Source: Blasia pusilla (lineage: Eukaryota). From it: a stretch of 64,000 nt of DNA. The notes beneath the pieces are model-generated. The model was not told the origin of the DNA and did no database searches. It saw nothing but the letters and a program-made list of their open reading frames with translations. Of the stretch, positions 40,270-53,452 are shown piece after piece. The DNA lies in assembly GCA_050084515.1 (NCBI GenBank), contig CM114271.1, forward strand, positions 46,562,001 to 46,626,000, in the 5' to 3' direction. The position numbers and the translations under genes are program-made. The stretch's first letter is position 1. Each line of letters opens with the position of its first letter.

Positions 40270-40740
40270 ACATTGGTCTAATGACATTTGAAAGCTTGGC
40301 TATTGTTTATCGTAAGGATATATTTGGATATACTACCATTCCTCGAGGGATTTATTATTTTGGGATTAGGAATTTCATGTTGGAGATTATATGTGCTTAA
40401 AGCAGTCAACATTGATATTTTTAGATATTACTACAAGACACACGATTTTGTGTATACGTGACGCGTTACGCATCAAAATCCTCATGTTGGAGGATCAAGA
40501 TAGTATGGTTTGGAAGGATCACGTGTGCAATTGCGTACTATGTCATCTTTCAAATCTAGATGAGAGAGTATATTCAAGCTTGGGAGTTGTACTAATAGGC
40601 TTGAGATATATGTTGTATGGATCTAAGATGGATATATCCATCATATTGGTTTGTGATGGTTTTTGTGGAGGGTATCATATGTTATGCTTCATTCCCACTC
40701 TTGATGCAGATCCCATTGAATAATAGGTGTGTGCTATATG
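40270..40740 (+). mobile_element. Degenerate integrase C-terminus and PHD fragment of the gypsy lineage
   Basis: TILCIRD...MVWKDHVCNCVLCHLSNLD...LVCDGFCGGYHMLC. Confidence 0.75.
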
Positions 40741-43700
40741 TGTATATTGTACTCTATTACATGAGGCTAAGAGTTTTAGTACTACCTAGCGTTAGGAAAC
40801 CTAATTTGTAGATAGGGGAAGGTTTGTAGTCTTGGTATATATGCATGAACCTCTTCTTTTTGTATAAATCTTCTTGGATGTTGGGAATTGATAGTGTTTA
40901 TTGTGTGAATGTGAATAGTGATGTAAATTGGGTATCGATTTGTATGCCCATGACAACTTTTAAATCATTGTTAGTCGAAACGTAGAATTCTACCATGCCA
41001 ATGGTATAGAGAATGAGCGGGATGTAAGGCTATATTTTTTTTCTTGGTCCAATGAAGTTAGTTAGAGAGTTTTTTCATTAGAACCAAAATTTTAAAAAAA
41101 CTCTTATTTTTATTTATGGCCAAGTAATCCATGGACTAAGTCAATGATCACTTAATGAATTGCGTGCATATGTGACCAATTTTTGCTATCTTTGGGTGAG
41201 GGCTCTTTTGGCTCTTTCCAAAGGTATATAAATGGAAAAGAATCTTGGATATCAAGATCCCTATTTTTCATATCAAGCGTTTGCAATACTTCTTCCTCTA
41301 AGGATTGGTACATAGGAGATAGACTGTTAAAGTTTGGATTTCCTCATGGCAAAGGGCAAAAGGATCTTGACAACCATATGTACTTTTCACTATGTTATTG
41401 GCCATATGCATGTAAGCCTTTCTTATTGCAATTTTTTTCATGGTTTCATTGTGCATGTTTTAGTATATTTCAAAGTGTATATGAATTGGAATTTGGGAAA
41501 ATCAAAGGTATTTTTTGTAAGGATATAAACAACGATATGCATGCAAAAAAAATTCCTTATATCCCTACAACAATATCGTATAGATCAAAGTATCAATACT
41601 TTGATCTACCCTATCGTTTTTCTCATAGGATCCATAAGGCAACTCATATATAGGTTATGGCCACTATTGTATGAAGGGTGAATGGGTGTAGGATAGATAT
41701 AAATGCATCATCCTCTTTAATATTTTCTTTTGATAGGTTGTAAAAAAATTCAATAATATAAATCTAACAATAAGAATGATCAATAGGAGCCCTCCAAAAA
41801 AAATTTAATGGGATGATATCCCTTTACTAATTTATCCAAAAAAAATCCGATATTCATGTTTAAGTTTATGATTCCGGATTTCAATCAACCTCTAATTCAA
41901 GATCTTTTCTTTATAAAAAATTTGCATCTAGCATTGCAATAATAACACTTCCATGTTTTTAGTGTGAATGTTAATGGTCCATATATTTTTTTTCTATATT
42001 CCATTTTAACCATACGCCACAACATTTAATCTTGTGGATGTGGAATTTTAACATAAGGTGTAATGGGAAAAATGTCCAAGGGATGCAAATACAAGCGTAG
42101 CAACCTTTGAGCCATATTCAATCTACGTTAGGGAACAAAGTTCTTTTAAAAATGATTAAATCCAGTTTAAATATCAAGAACGATCATGGATCGTCAATTA
42201 TGAATTTAGAAAGGTAGATGAGATTCTATCTATACTTAGAGGGATCTTTTTTAGTTCCCATTTTAGAAGGATATGATAACCTCTTATCTATTTTACCCTG
42301 TTAATTTACTTATATGTATGGATTACCCTTCCCTTGTGTTTGAGTAGCACTATTTGAGAGGGTTTATCTCTTATGCATCTTGTGGCACAATTAGGTGTCT
42401 TGGTAGTTGGTGATGCCACTTTGGCCTATGAGGATTAAGAAAGATGTATCATTAAAGGTAGTATCCTCTTTTATGAGGCCTTTCCTTGTTCTTCTTACCT
42501 TTGGTTCCTATGGAGAGAATTATGTATCATGTACTTCAGGTCCTTTGTGACATATTCTAGGTGGATAACCAATGCACATATGTTATCATGGAGATTGTCC
42601 ATGGAGATACATCCCCAAGGAGACTCACTTTTAGATTCATATTTAGATATCAAAGTCAAACATATGGATATCCGTGATACATTGTAGCTAGGTTATGCTA
42701 GTGTATCGGGCATGGATTTACTTAAGCTAAGAGTTGGCTAGGATTGATATTGAGATCACGTATTGGTCATTGGATTCTATTGACTCATATCTCTTTAATA
42801 TGAACATGGTATGCATATATAAAGTACTTAGCCATATTGGGAGTGCACATAGTGTTAGAACAATAAGTAATACCCTTCCAACAATTCATATCTGAAGATT
42901 TAGAAGGATTAGGTGTATCCAATCATTCATATATAGATATCTAATATTTATATGATAAATGGATCTTATATTTGATCTTATGACATCCAATGAATGTTGA
43001 TTAGAAATATATATTTGCAAGACACCAAAACTCCCTAAATTATAATGTCTAAGAACATCAAATTTTTTTTTTTTATTTTCTAGATATGGAATCTACAAAC
43101 CCTTTAATACAATTCTAGCCCAATTAACTTCTCCATGAGACTAATCCATCAATGGTTTGTTAAATGAGATCTTAGACCTATTTATACATGCCCAAATTTT
43201 CTCATTATAGGAAATTTTCTACTTGACAAGGCCTCATTTTCCTTTTTCATCTTGAGCCTTAATAATAGGAGAATTTATTTAGTACTTAGAAGTTTTTTGC
43301 AAAATTTTTGAGTTGCATGAAAATTTATTTTAGTACCTAAAAGATTTTTAACATCTAGGTTGCTTTTATGTGATACTCTTTGATTCTCCGTAATATGAAG
43401 GAACATAAAGATCATAGATTCTTAGAAAATTCCAAAAGAGAGATAAGAATTTGAGGTGATTTTCAAGAACTAGACTTTGAGTTTTTTGTTAAGTTTCCAA
43501 AGAATAATAATCTCTTAAAGATCCAACTTGATTTCTTTGCAAGTATGATGAAACTAACAAGTCTAAAGGAACATCATGGATTTGGTCAAATCTTGGCCTA
43601 ATTTTCATAACTCATATTTCATACAACAATGATACTTTCTAGTTCAAAATCAATGCCATACAAAATTAGTAAACTCAAAGGGAATTTTTGTGCATATAAT

Positions 43701-43879
43701 CATTGCTATACAAGATACATTCTTGTTGTCATTATCCACACAAATCATGACATTAGCAACTCAAGTTATCTCCGTGACCCCAAAGCTATAATAATGGATC
43801 AAGGATCACTCCCTTAAATACTGAGTCAACTCTTTCAAAACAAGGATCTTGAAATAGTAAGTTTCTTAAACGATCTCCA

Positions 43880-45560
43880 AAAGGATAAAAACCTCATCAT
43901 TATTCATCAACCACTTTAGATGGTTGATGGAGTCTAACAAGCCTATAGAAAAGCTTGCCAGATGGGCACTCTTCTTGGGGGAGTATGGTTTTCAATCTGT
44001 CCATCACCTCAAAATTCTAAACCAAGATGCAAACGGGTTGAGCGGTAATCCATACATGTGCTAGAGCGATGGAACTAGAGCTTAGTGGTATGGTGAGAGT
44101 GATGACAAGATGATGTCGTGTTGGGACACATCTACCTATTTGTGTCTATTGGCTATGTTAGGTTACCAGAAGGCATCCACTCCAAGAAGGAGATTAGACA
44201 GTGAGTCTTTATATTCAAATGCTAGTGAGGAGTCAAGAGGGACTCGAGACATCCGTGATCATGATATGGTCTTGGAGTGCTTATGCACTAATGTCTTAGC
44301 ATACACAGTGGGTACTACAAAGTGGGATTGAGTCTTATAGCAAGCATGGATTTTCAAATGGGATGGAAAGTAGGTGCTTTGAGTTTAGGAGAATGATCAA
44401 GTGCTGATAGTACCACATCCTTCACAATGTGCACAAGTTTTTAGACATGCTCACAAGGAGTTGGGCCATTTTGGATTCAAGCATATGTATAGCTTGCTTT
44501 AAATTCAATATTGGTGGCATAGTATGCAGATTGATGTTCAACATTTTGTAGCTAGATGCATAATATATGATACGATGTGGGCATCGTTCAATGCTCGGAC
44601 GTCACTCTTTCATCCTTTATTGATCACAGAATTAGGGTATTGCTAAAGTTTAGACTTTGCAAAGCCCTTACCATTGACAAGATTTGGTATGTGTTGGTCA
44701 TGGTGGAGGATTTCTCCAAATGGATTGAGTTGGTAGCATTGCTGGAAAATCGAGCAAGAGAGCATCTTATACATTTCTTAATCAAGTGATGAGTTATTTT
44801 GGCACACCAATAGAGGTGTTGTTAGAAGAGGGTATTAAGTTTAAGGATGACTTTCAAGCCTTATGTGATCAAGCACTCATAGATCATCATACAACTTCTC
44901 AAGATCATTTTAAGGCAGATAGTTTGGAGAGTTATGTGAGAAAGTTGTGAAGATGGTGAAGAGAGGATTGAGTATGCATAGGCTACAAAGATGACACTTA
45001 GGAGGTTGGGACCTACAGTTGCTCTGGTTGAAGAAGGATTACCGCTTGAGTCGATATATATCCTTGACATCATTTTCATCGTATTTCTTGCTCTATGGGA
45101 AAGAGCCAAATTTCTATCATATATGCGATAGGATGTTGTTGAGGTACTTGAACTTGATGACCCATATGTATTCTTAGTGGGCTAAGCTCCTTTGGAGAGT
45201 CATGCCTATGGCATTGGAGAATCTGGCTAGCACTCAATATTGCAATGCTCTGAGATAGGGGACGACGAGTGGAGAAGGCTATCGACCAGAGATTCGGAAA
45301 TTCCATCCTTGCAATTATGTCTACCAAAGGTAGATAGCATTGAAGATATTTGACCTGACGGCAAGACACACTATTTTGCGAGTGTGAGAGGCTTTCTCTT
45401 TAAGCGTTCTCGTGTTAGAGGATAGAGATGGTATTGTTTGGAAAGATCATATCCATAATTGTCTGTCATGTTATCTTCATAACATTGATGGGAGTGTCAA
45501 TCCAAACTTAGCAATTATTCCTACATGCTTGAGATATGTTTTGTCTGGGTCTACACAATA
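43880..45560 (+). mobile_element. Degenerate RNase H, integrase and PHD start of the gypsy lineage
   Basis: HQPL..WLMES, HKELGHFG, YVLVMVEDFSKWIELVAL, DGIVWKDHIHNC. Many stops. Confidence 0.8.
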
Positions 45561-45562
45561 TA

Positions 45563-45946
45563 CCAAAATGCATAGAAACGCAGTTTTCTGTCCTTGGGAT
45601 GGACTTATCTAGATATGTCCGTAAACATGCCATCCCGTACTAGATCCCACACTTTTCTCACGTCGTGGCTTGCAATCAGCCCGCAAGGGCCGCAACCCTT
45701 AGATGGGGGCCCCCAAAAAAAATTTAAAATGCCCTCCTGTGCGGGCTATCCATCCACATCCGGCCTCCTCCTTGCCCTTGCCCCTCCCACACAGGAGGGA
45801 TACCGACTTAGGGGGGTGTAGTGCAAGATCAGATAAGGTAAGCTTGGATGCGAGTGTAAGGTGCGGGCGGTCAAGCCACACAAACATGTCCATCCCTAGA
45901 ATGGACATAAGTGCTAGGACACGAACTTTGTTTGTGTGCAACCCTG
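45563..45946. mobile_element. Diverged MITE related to the 18781-19083 element
   Basis: Left end caaaatgcatagaaacg versus caaggttgcatggaaacg; right end gtgtgcaaccctg; similar aaacatg..ggacataagt subterminal motif. No TSD found. Confidence 0.5.
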
Positions 45947-46739
45947 CTTCCCTCCCCTTCACACATTTGGTGCTTTTAGGAATGGGGCCATGTAGAGAGT
46001 TAGTAGAGGGGGAGTAAATAATATACTTCATATTGCTAATGAACTAATGAGAGGAGGTGGCATATGTGCAAAGTACACCTATGAAGATACCTAGGGGCCA
46101 TAGGTTATACTCTTATGGAGGCCCATTTGAGCCTTTGTCTTTCTATTATGCTTGGATCCACTTACACATTGAGAGCTAAGACCTTGTGTGATTCCTAGAT
46201 TCCCTTGTATTGAGGGTGGGCTAGGATTGTATACATAAACCATACTATTTATAGAATTGTGTGTATTCTTATCATATTTTAATCATTATTGAGTGTTAGA
46301 GCTACTCATTAGAGAGGGAAAGACAAAATTTAGTTGTCAAATTTATTAGGGTTGTATAGTCAAACATGTATAGATGTTTTAGGATTCATAGTTAGAAGGA
46401 TCTCAGACTTGTGTGCATGACACCCGATCTATGTTAGCATCGATGTGTATTTTCATGAAAATCCCCATGTCATCCACATAAACATCACGACAAAATGAAA
46501 ATTGTTGACACATGGACAAGTAGTTGAAATACAACATATAACGTTTATGACATATCTATACCAACATTTCAAGAGGTCACACATACAATAAAACCAATTA
46601 GGAAGCAAGGGGTTAAGCTCTTTGATGGAATCACTTAACCCAAACCCACCCTCTACTTAAGGGAGTCCAAGAGGAAATCCAATTCGAACACAAGGTCAAC
46701 ATAGCTAGCACTACACCCTAGCCTATGCTTAAGGCTCAC

Positions 46740-47369
46740 TATCATGACTGTTAGGATAGATCGGCAAGATCTAGTAGAGCACCTTTGGAGATACTAGAAG
46801 ATAGCTTCAGGAGGTCGAGGATGACTTGCTGAGGCCACGGGTAACTTGAGAAAGCAGGTTTCCCCTTTGTTTCGGCTCATTTGGAGTCATATAGAGAAAA
46901 CTTACTATTTTGGGCAAGTTTCCATCTAGATTATAGTTGAATTTCCACTTTGGGAAGTGGCGATTTACCCGCTACAGTAGGTCAAGAGCCAAGGAGGTGA
47001 CCTGTGAGCATAGGTTATCGAGGAGAGAGCTTGGGAGAGGGAAGGGGATATACTCCAAGAGAGAGAGCTTGAGAGCTTATTCTATCTTCGTTGAACCTCT
47101 TGGCATGATGCAACGGAGCTATGATCCTCTTTGCCTTGTGTGTGTAACCCAAGCCTCTCATTAGGAGAATGGATTTAGTTTAACATGAGAGAGTGTGCAC
47201 ACCATAGAGAGCTTGGTGTGAGATGTGATATGAGATCTACTTGATTTATTGGAGATATTTTGGTACTCCTCGTCTCATTGTTTGGATGCCATGAGTTAGC
47301 ATCGAATTGTGCTTGTTTGTGTGTATGTTCAATGACAGCGATATATGTTGTGTAGCGATGCGCACGACA
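46740..47369 (+). mobile_element. Solo A+B terminal unit (solo-LTR equivalent) of gypsy subfamily 2 with 4-bp TSD
   Basis: Collinear with 8455-9099; ends tatcatga (decayed TGTCA) ... GCACGACA; flanked by TCAC at 46736-46739 and 47370-47373. Confidence 0.88.
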
Positions 47370-49309
47370 TCACCTATATAGAGAAAAACCTCTTCAAGAC
47401 TCACCTTGGGATTTACTAACCTCTCTCCTCACCCAGATCTCCAAGAAATTGACATGTCTTCATAAATTACAAAAGGGATGCCAACAAGTCATCATTATAC
47501 TATGAGATTCTAAGCCTATATGGAGATTCTCTATCATACTACATTATATTTTTTGGCTTGATTTCAACTAGAATTACACTTAACTCTCATTAACAATCAA
47601 GAGCTATCTCTTCCAATCAAGAAAGCCAACCATGGTCCTAAATAACTTCTCTAAAATGATAAGTAACGTAATATGGGCCCGATAATACCAACGTAGGCAA
47701 TAAATTACAACCAATTTTCATACAAGCATGCATATCAATGCTTGACCTCTCTAAGTATGTCACACAAAGTTACTCCTCTCCATTACAAATGACGTGTAAT
47801 AACGGAGTCATAAATTATAGGTTCCAAGTTTATAAAATTGTCTCTTTTCCAAAAGAAAAGAAGAGTGTGTGCTTCTTCAAATCACTCGTCCCAAGTATTT
47901 GCTAGTTTAATGGTTTGTGTGACTTGAGATGTTATGTTTCTTCGTCATCGATCCATGTTCATACACTCTCATACGATAGACATCCCTCATGTGTCAAGGG
48001 GAGATGGAGCAAGATGTTGATCTATCCCAAGTATGAGAAGTACAACAATTAAGAATCCAATCACCATTGATTTCTCAATAGTAATAATTTTGTGTAAGTC
48101 TAAGCACATGAACTCCATTCATTTCTCTCTTTAATGTTGCAATTATTTAGCACTAACTTATTTTGAGAGAAAATTAAACATAAAGGAAATTTGTATTTTT
48201 TTAGGATTTGGTTGTGGAAAAAAAATCTAAAATGTAATGTCTTAAGGGTAGTGAGAAGTTAAGAAAAAATGGTTGCAAGCTAAAGAAAAAAGATCTTTTG
48301 CAAGAAAAAAATAATAATTGATCATTTTTTTAAGATAAAGACATATCTATCTAAGAAGGTGTTTGAAGAGAGTGCATAGTCTCCAATAGCAGTAAAGATT
48401 GATTAAGATGAGGGGGGTTTACCAAACCGAATGTATGTAATCCTAAAAAAAATTTTCAATAGGACTTGTGTAATACTCCTTGGTGTTTGAGAGATCCAAA
48501 ATCAGGGCTATTTCAAATCCTAAACCCATGTAAACTCTATTAAAGTTTTAATTATTTTGTTGTAAAAAACATTTAGAATAAAATTTGGCAAGAAATTAAA
48601 AAATCTAATAATTGTGTCAATAGAGAAAATTATTTCAAAATATAAATCGTAGAAGGTAGTGAAAATTTCAGGAAAAATAGTGGAGGGAAGACAAGGATAT
48701 AATTTTCATAAACCAAAAGTTTAATAATGAATGATGGAACGAACAAAAATTGAGGAGCCTAAGCGTCTCCTGTCCATATCTTTGGTTCTATATCCCTCCT
48801 CTCATATTTGTGCTCTCCATCCATTGGATGATTTCATTCATGTATGTAAGAAGGGTATGACTTTCACTCTTGAATCTTGTGGGTATATGAAAACCTAAAG
48901 ATCTGACAACTCAAAACTTTCGTTCAACCCTTTAGCACAATTTTATTCCTTATGACTATGATTTTGTGATAGTAGGATTTCTCAAAGCATACCTACCCCA
49001 AGTTTTATGACTTAGTCACCAATTCGTAAAAAGAAAAAATAGGGTATTTAAGGAGGTACTTGCTTGGGTTGTAGCACATCACCATAATCCTTGAACACTC
49101 AAATATAAACCTTACATTCTTTAAAAGCAAAAAATATAATAGATGCCACAATTTATTGGTTAGAGGCCACATATGTGTAATCTCTAAAGGCTATGGCTCA
49201 TGGCCCACACAAGGGGACTTTGGGAAGCCCTATTGAGATCACACTAAACTTGTAGATTCCATTGAGAAGCTTGTAGGGACTCAAAATTGTAATAGGGTCT
49301 GAAAGTAAA

Positions 49310-50034
49310 AAAAATGCACTTTCTTATAGAAAAAAAGTCTCAAAAAGGATAAAGGAAGGCAACAACATGCCAAGAAGAGAATGAGTCAAGAAACATAAAA
49401 AGAAATTTGCAAGAAGCCATCACAAAAACCAACTCAATGAGCTACATAATGAATAACTTGAAACAAATCTCACAGAAACATTAGACGTTTACATGGATGG
49501 TCAAACAAAAATGGATGACAAGATTAGTGGCTACCAACCACTTCCGCTCGATGTGTCAAATCCAATGCTTGTGCACGTTGTAATGCCACCAGGATATATT
49601 GTCAAAAATAAGTAGTGACTATGGAGAGAGAAGGATTACGATAAGGGACGAGTTGATGATTCTTGAGGAACTAGTGAGCACATCTTTTGAAGAGATAATC
49701 AAAAGACACATATAAGTGCCCAAAAAAATCTACTATGAAAGGAATAAATCCATCGGTAATATGTCTCACCACATAACTCCTTGATTCTTGTTGATGTATT
49801 GGCCACAATAACTTTAGTATATACATCCTGACACACCACATCATAAAATATTCACTTAGCAAACCATCACATCACCCAATAGATGAAAGTCACCTTGGGA
49901 CATAACAAGATAAACTCATTCACAAGAGGTTGCTTGTGTAGTAGAAGGTAGGACGTGTAGTTACTCTTGCCCAACGATATACCTTGTTGTAGGAGCCATC
50001 AATAATATTTCCTCTCTAATCACATTGTGGGTTT
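49310..50034 (-). mobile_element. Degenerate 3' end of a second CRE-like element, interrupted by the gypsy insertion
   Basis: Collinear with 14165-14885 (e.g. gaggttgcttgtgt.gt.gaaggtaggac.tg.agtt.ctcttgcccaacg). Similarity stops at the TGTCAT start of the gypsy element. Confidence 0.8.
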
Positions 50035-50400
50035 TGTCATGACCATACGGATTATGTCGTAGAGTATGGTGTGCTAGTAGAGGCCATTCCTTATGTAGGA
50101 CCATAGTGGCTTGGTAGAAATGCGGTTCCATACATAGGGTTGGGGGTTACTCAGTTGGGGGTGACTTTCCCAGTAGGGCCCGCTCTTAGGTTGGAGGATA
50201 TAAGGTGGAGTGCACTCAAAAAATCGATTCTTTGAGTTGAGCCTTTATGCGTTGGGAGTTAGCCTTGGTAGTGAGTAGAGCTCTTGGCTATGGTGTTTCC
50301 CGCAAGCTTCGACCTAGATTCTCCCATCGTGGAGTGGGTTTGGCTCGATTGTATGTGATTGTATATGTGTTTTATGACAGTACGTCTTTCACGGATTTCA
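50035..50400 (+). repeat. 5' terminal repeat A1 (TG...CA, 366 bp) with TATA box
   Basis: TGTCATGACC...ATTTCA; TATAA at 50199-50203; homologous to 53559-53926 (-) and 63938-64000. Confidence 0.9.
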
Positions 50401-52226
50401 CTCAAAGAACTGCAGTTGATCGATGGTAGCTTCGATTGTAGATCAGTAGGATTTGGTTAGGGCTGATTGTGTACTCAACCGTGGATGTTCGTGGCTTGTG
50501 GCCTATGTTGGAGGTGTGAATCTGGTGCGTGGTTGGTTGGGAAAGAAGCGCCTTGCTGAGAGCTTTCCAACGCGCTTTAGATCGCCGGATTTCGTCAAGG
50601 GAGTTGGAAGTTATCAAGGATTGAAGATTCTGGTTCGTGTTCGACGGTTTTCTGATGTGGAGAACTTGGAGTGCGGAAGCTCTATTGAAGTTCATCCAGA
50701 TCGGGTGAGAGGTTCCTGCTGCTACTTGTATTGTGATCTCATGTGAATCTATCTGCTCGAGTGTGTGGAGCGTTGCGGATTTCTGCGTGCATGAAACTTG
50801 GCGGAAGCGCTGTCGGATTTACGATTCTGGAGGTGTATGGACAGCAAGTTTGTCTGATTTTTAGCTCGGAGTACAGAGCTCGGTTGTAGCTGATTTTTTG
50901 TGGAGAGATAGCTATGGTGGTCAATTGAATTTTGGTTGAAATATATTTGATTTCAATCACGGATTTGTGAAGTAATTTCTGATCGAAATTTCACGGACTA
51001 GCTCAAGGTCTGGCTATGGTGGACAGCGGATCGGAGGGGCTGGTTGGTTGGTGACTCGTTCATTGTTGGAGACGCCTATCCCGTTGGAGGCGCCCTGGTT
51101 GAGCCTCGAGCCATGTCTCGGAGTTTTGAGGCTTCGAGGCTTCGAGGCAACTCGTGGTAGCTCGGGGCGAGTGGGCGTGAGAGGCGGAGTAAGGAGCAAG
51201 GAGCAAGGAGCAAGCAAGCAAGTTCAACTGGAGTTTTATGGCCCTGACCAGGATCACTTTGAGTGGAAATCCGTTATAGGTGGTTTGAATTAATATTTTT
51301 GCAAACGGCACGTAGCAGGTTTTATACTTGCTTGCTTGGGCGTGAAGCAATTTTTGCAGGATTTGGGATTTGAGTTTTGCATAACTGGTCACCCATCTTT
51401 GGGCTATTCTACCTAGAGGACGCTTAACTGTTGGGTTCTTAACTATGCCAGTGTACACACTGTTGTAGCTCATTTGGTGTTGTTCGGAGATGTGTTAGGC
51501 ACTTTATGCATCTCAGGTTTTTGGTTGATGTACCTCTAGCGCATAGTACGGTGTAGCCTCTCCATACAGGTGATATTTTCAGGTGCTGTGAGTTCGACTA
51601 GCACGTCATCGACCCGCGGCGGAGTAGCTATTGCGTTAGAATTGTGTGGTGGGTTTTGTGGATTCAGGGGGCACCACCTTTGGTGGATTATGTTACCTTG
51701 AATTCCATTTGCGATTGGAGGGTTGTCGTTGGACTTCCTGTGTTTGGATCCCCTCCATCGGTGCTTCTTGCTAGCGCGCCCATTGTTAGGGTAGACGCTG
51801 ATTTCCAGAGTAGTGTTACTCCTGTGTGCTACTGATAGTGAGGCTGGAGTGATGACGAGTAGACCGTGGGAGGCTTCTTGTGGTGATGAGAGGTTAGGTT
51901 GCCTACACCCATAGCTAGTAGAGCTACACTAGTAGAGCGACATCGACGTCACTTGGTAATTTGGTGGTGGTGCGGCATCGGCATTGGTCATCACGGAGTT
52001 GTCGGGTGGTCTGGTTGGGGACCGTGGTGCGGACAGTGGTGGTTTCACACGGAGTGGATTTAGGTATCGGCTACCTTTTCCACTTCCGACGGTTGATGAA
52101 GAGGAGGACGAGGGTGTTCCAAACACCGAGTCTTCTACGTTGTTATCGAGTGTTGCAGCTCCATTGATTTGGGACATGGACGGTGGATATGGAGCCATGA
52201 AGGGCCCACGATGATACTCGGGTGCA

Positions 52227-53452
52227 GTGGGCACCATTGAGTTGGAGGACTTCATGCAGGAGTTTGATACGTGGTGTGATATGCAGATGTTGCGGAACGC
52301 CACGTTGTTTACATCCTTCTTGGCTTGGAAGGGGTTGTTTCAGCACTTGGAAGGACCACCCATGGATGATTACCATGAGTTTAGGAAGGACCATGTTGCT
52401 GAGATTGAGGCATGGAGACAATATTGGTCTCCAGGCTATGTGTCTATCACCCATGGTGGTATTGGTAGTAGTGCTCCTACTATGCCAGCCAGCCCGACGT
52501 TGAGTGGTACGAGTACGAGCCGGAGTGGGGGTACCAATGGAGGTACTAGTGGGGGTACTAGTGGAGGTTCTAGTGCCCCACTATCGTTCAGCCCGGTTGC
52601 AGAGTTCTTCAAGAGGTTGAAGAAGAACTATCAGGGAGTGAAGACGGAGAAGTTGAGGAATCTTTAGGACTTTGAGCGAAAGACTGGTGAGAGTCTTCGT
52701 GAGGCATACATTCGTATCACGCTGATTTCGATTACCAAGGTGTGCGAGGATCGAGGCGATCCATTTTTGGTATGGGATCTTGGAGAGAGATTTGCGCCGC
52801 AGGGTACGTGATGCTACTCTTATGAGTGATGATTCACCCACATTGACCCATGTATTTGCTTTATCTGAGAAGATTGAGCTTAACATGATGAAGGAGAGAG
52901 TGGTGACATCCGCATTCAGTAGGGATACAACTACTACTTCTCGTGTTCAGCCGCCCACCTCACAGTCTCGTAGTAGTGGTGGTGGTAGTAGTAGTGGGAG
53001 TCGTGGGGGGTACACACGACCTCAGTCAAGTCCTAGAGGGACACTTGCGCAGAGACCATTGCCTTCATTTGCTGCCCCGCAGCAGGGCGATCATGTTGGA
53101 CATGTGGAGGTGATCATGTTAGGAAGTTTTGTCCCCAAGAGGATGGGAGACGGACTTTGGAGGATGGGCCTCAGTCGGCCCCAACTAAGTGTGATGATTG
53201 TGGGAGACCAGGTCATCCTCGAGAGCGTTGCTTTGATCTTCATCCAGAGTTGAGATCAGGCCGCGGCCGTGGTGGAGTAGCTCTGAGAGGCCGAGGTGGT
53301 AGAGGTGGTAGGGGTGGACCAATGGTTGGAGAGCCTACGGTGGCTACCCCTACCACTACGACAGAGTCAGCTATGGCTACCAGGATTGAGCAGTTGGAGC
53401 AGAAGTTGGCTACTATGGCTGGTATCCAGCATAGATCAGGTTCGGGAGCAGG
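52227..53452 (+). pseudogene. gag with two zinc knuckles (frameshifted, truncated by the nested insertion)
   Basis: Capsid-like ELEDFMQEFDTWCDMQ...FFKRLKKNY; knuckles CWTCGGDHVRKFC (~53094) and CDDCGRPGHPRERC (~53190); RGG-rich tail. Confidence 0.8.

Noticed and set aside
41183-41653. 156-aa ORF in AT-rich DNA
   Set aside because: No recognisable domain, non-ATG start, and lies in decayed repeat context.
51929-52303. Antisense 124-aa ORF and other short ORFs in the gypsy leader
   Set aside because: No recognisable motifs; explained as shadow frames of gag and the leader.
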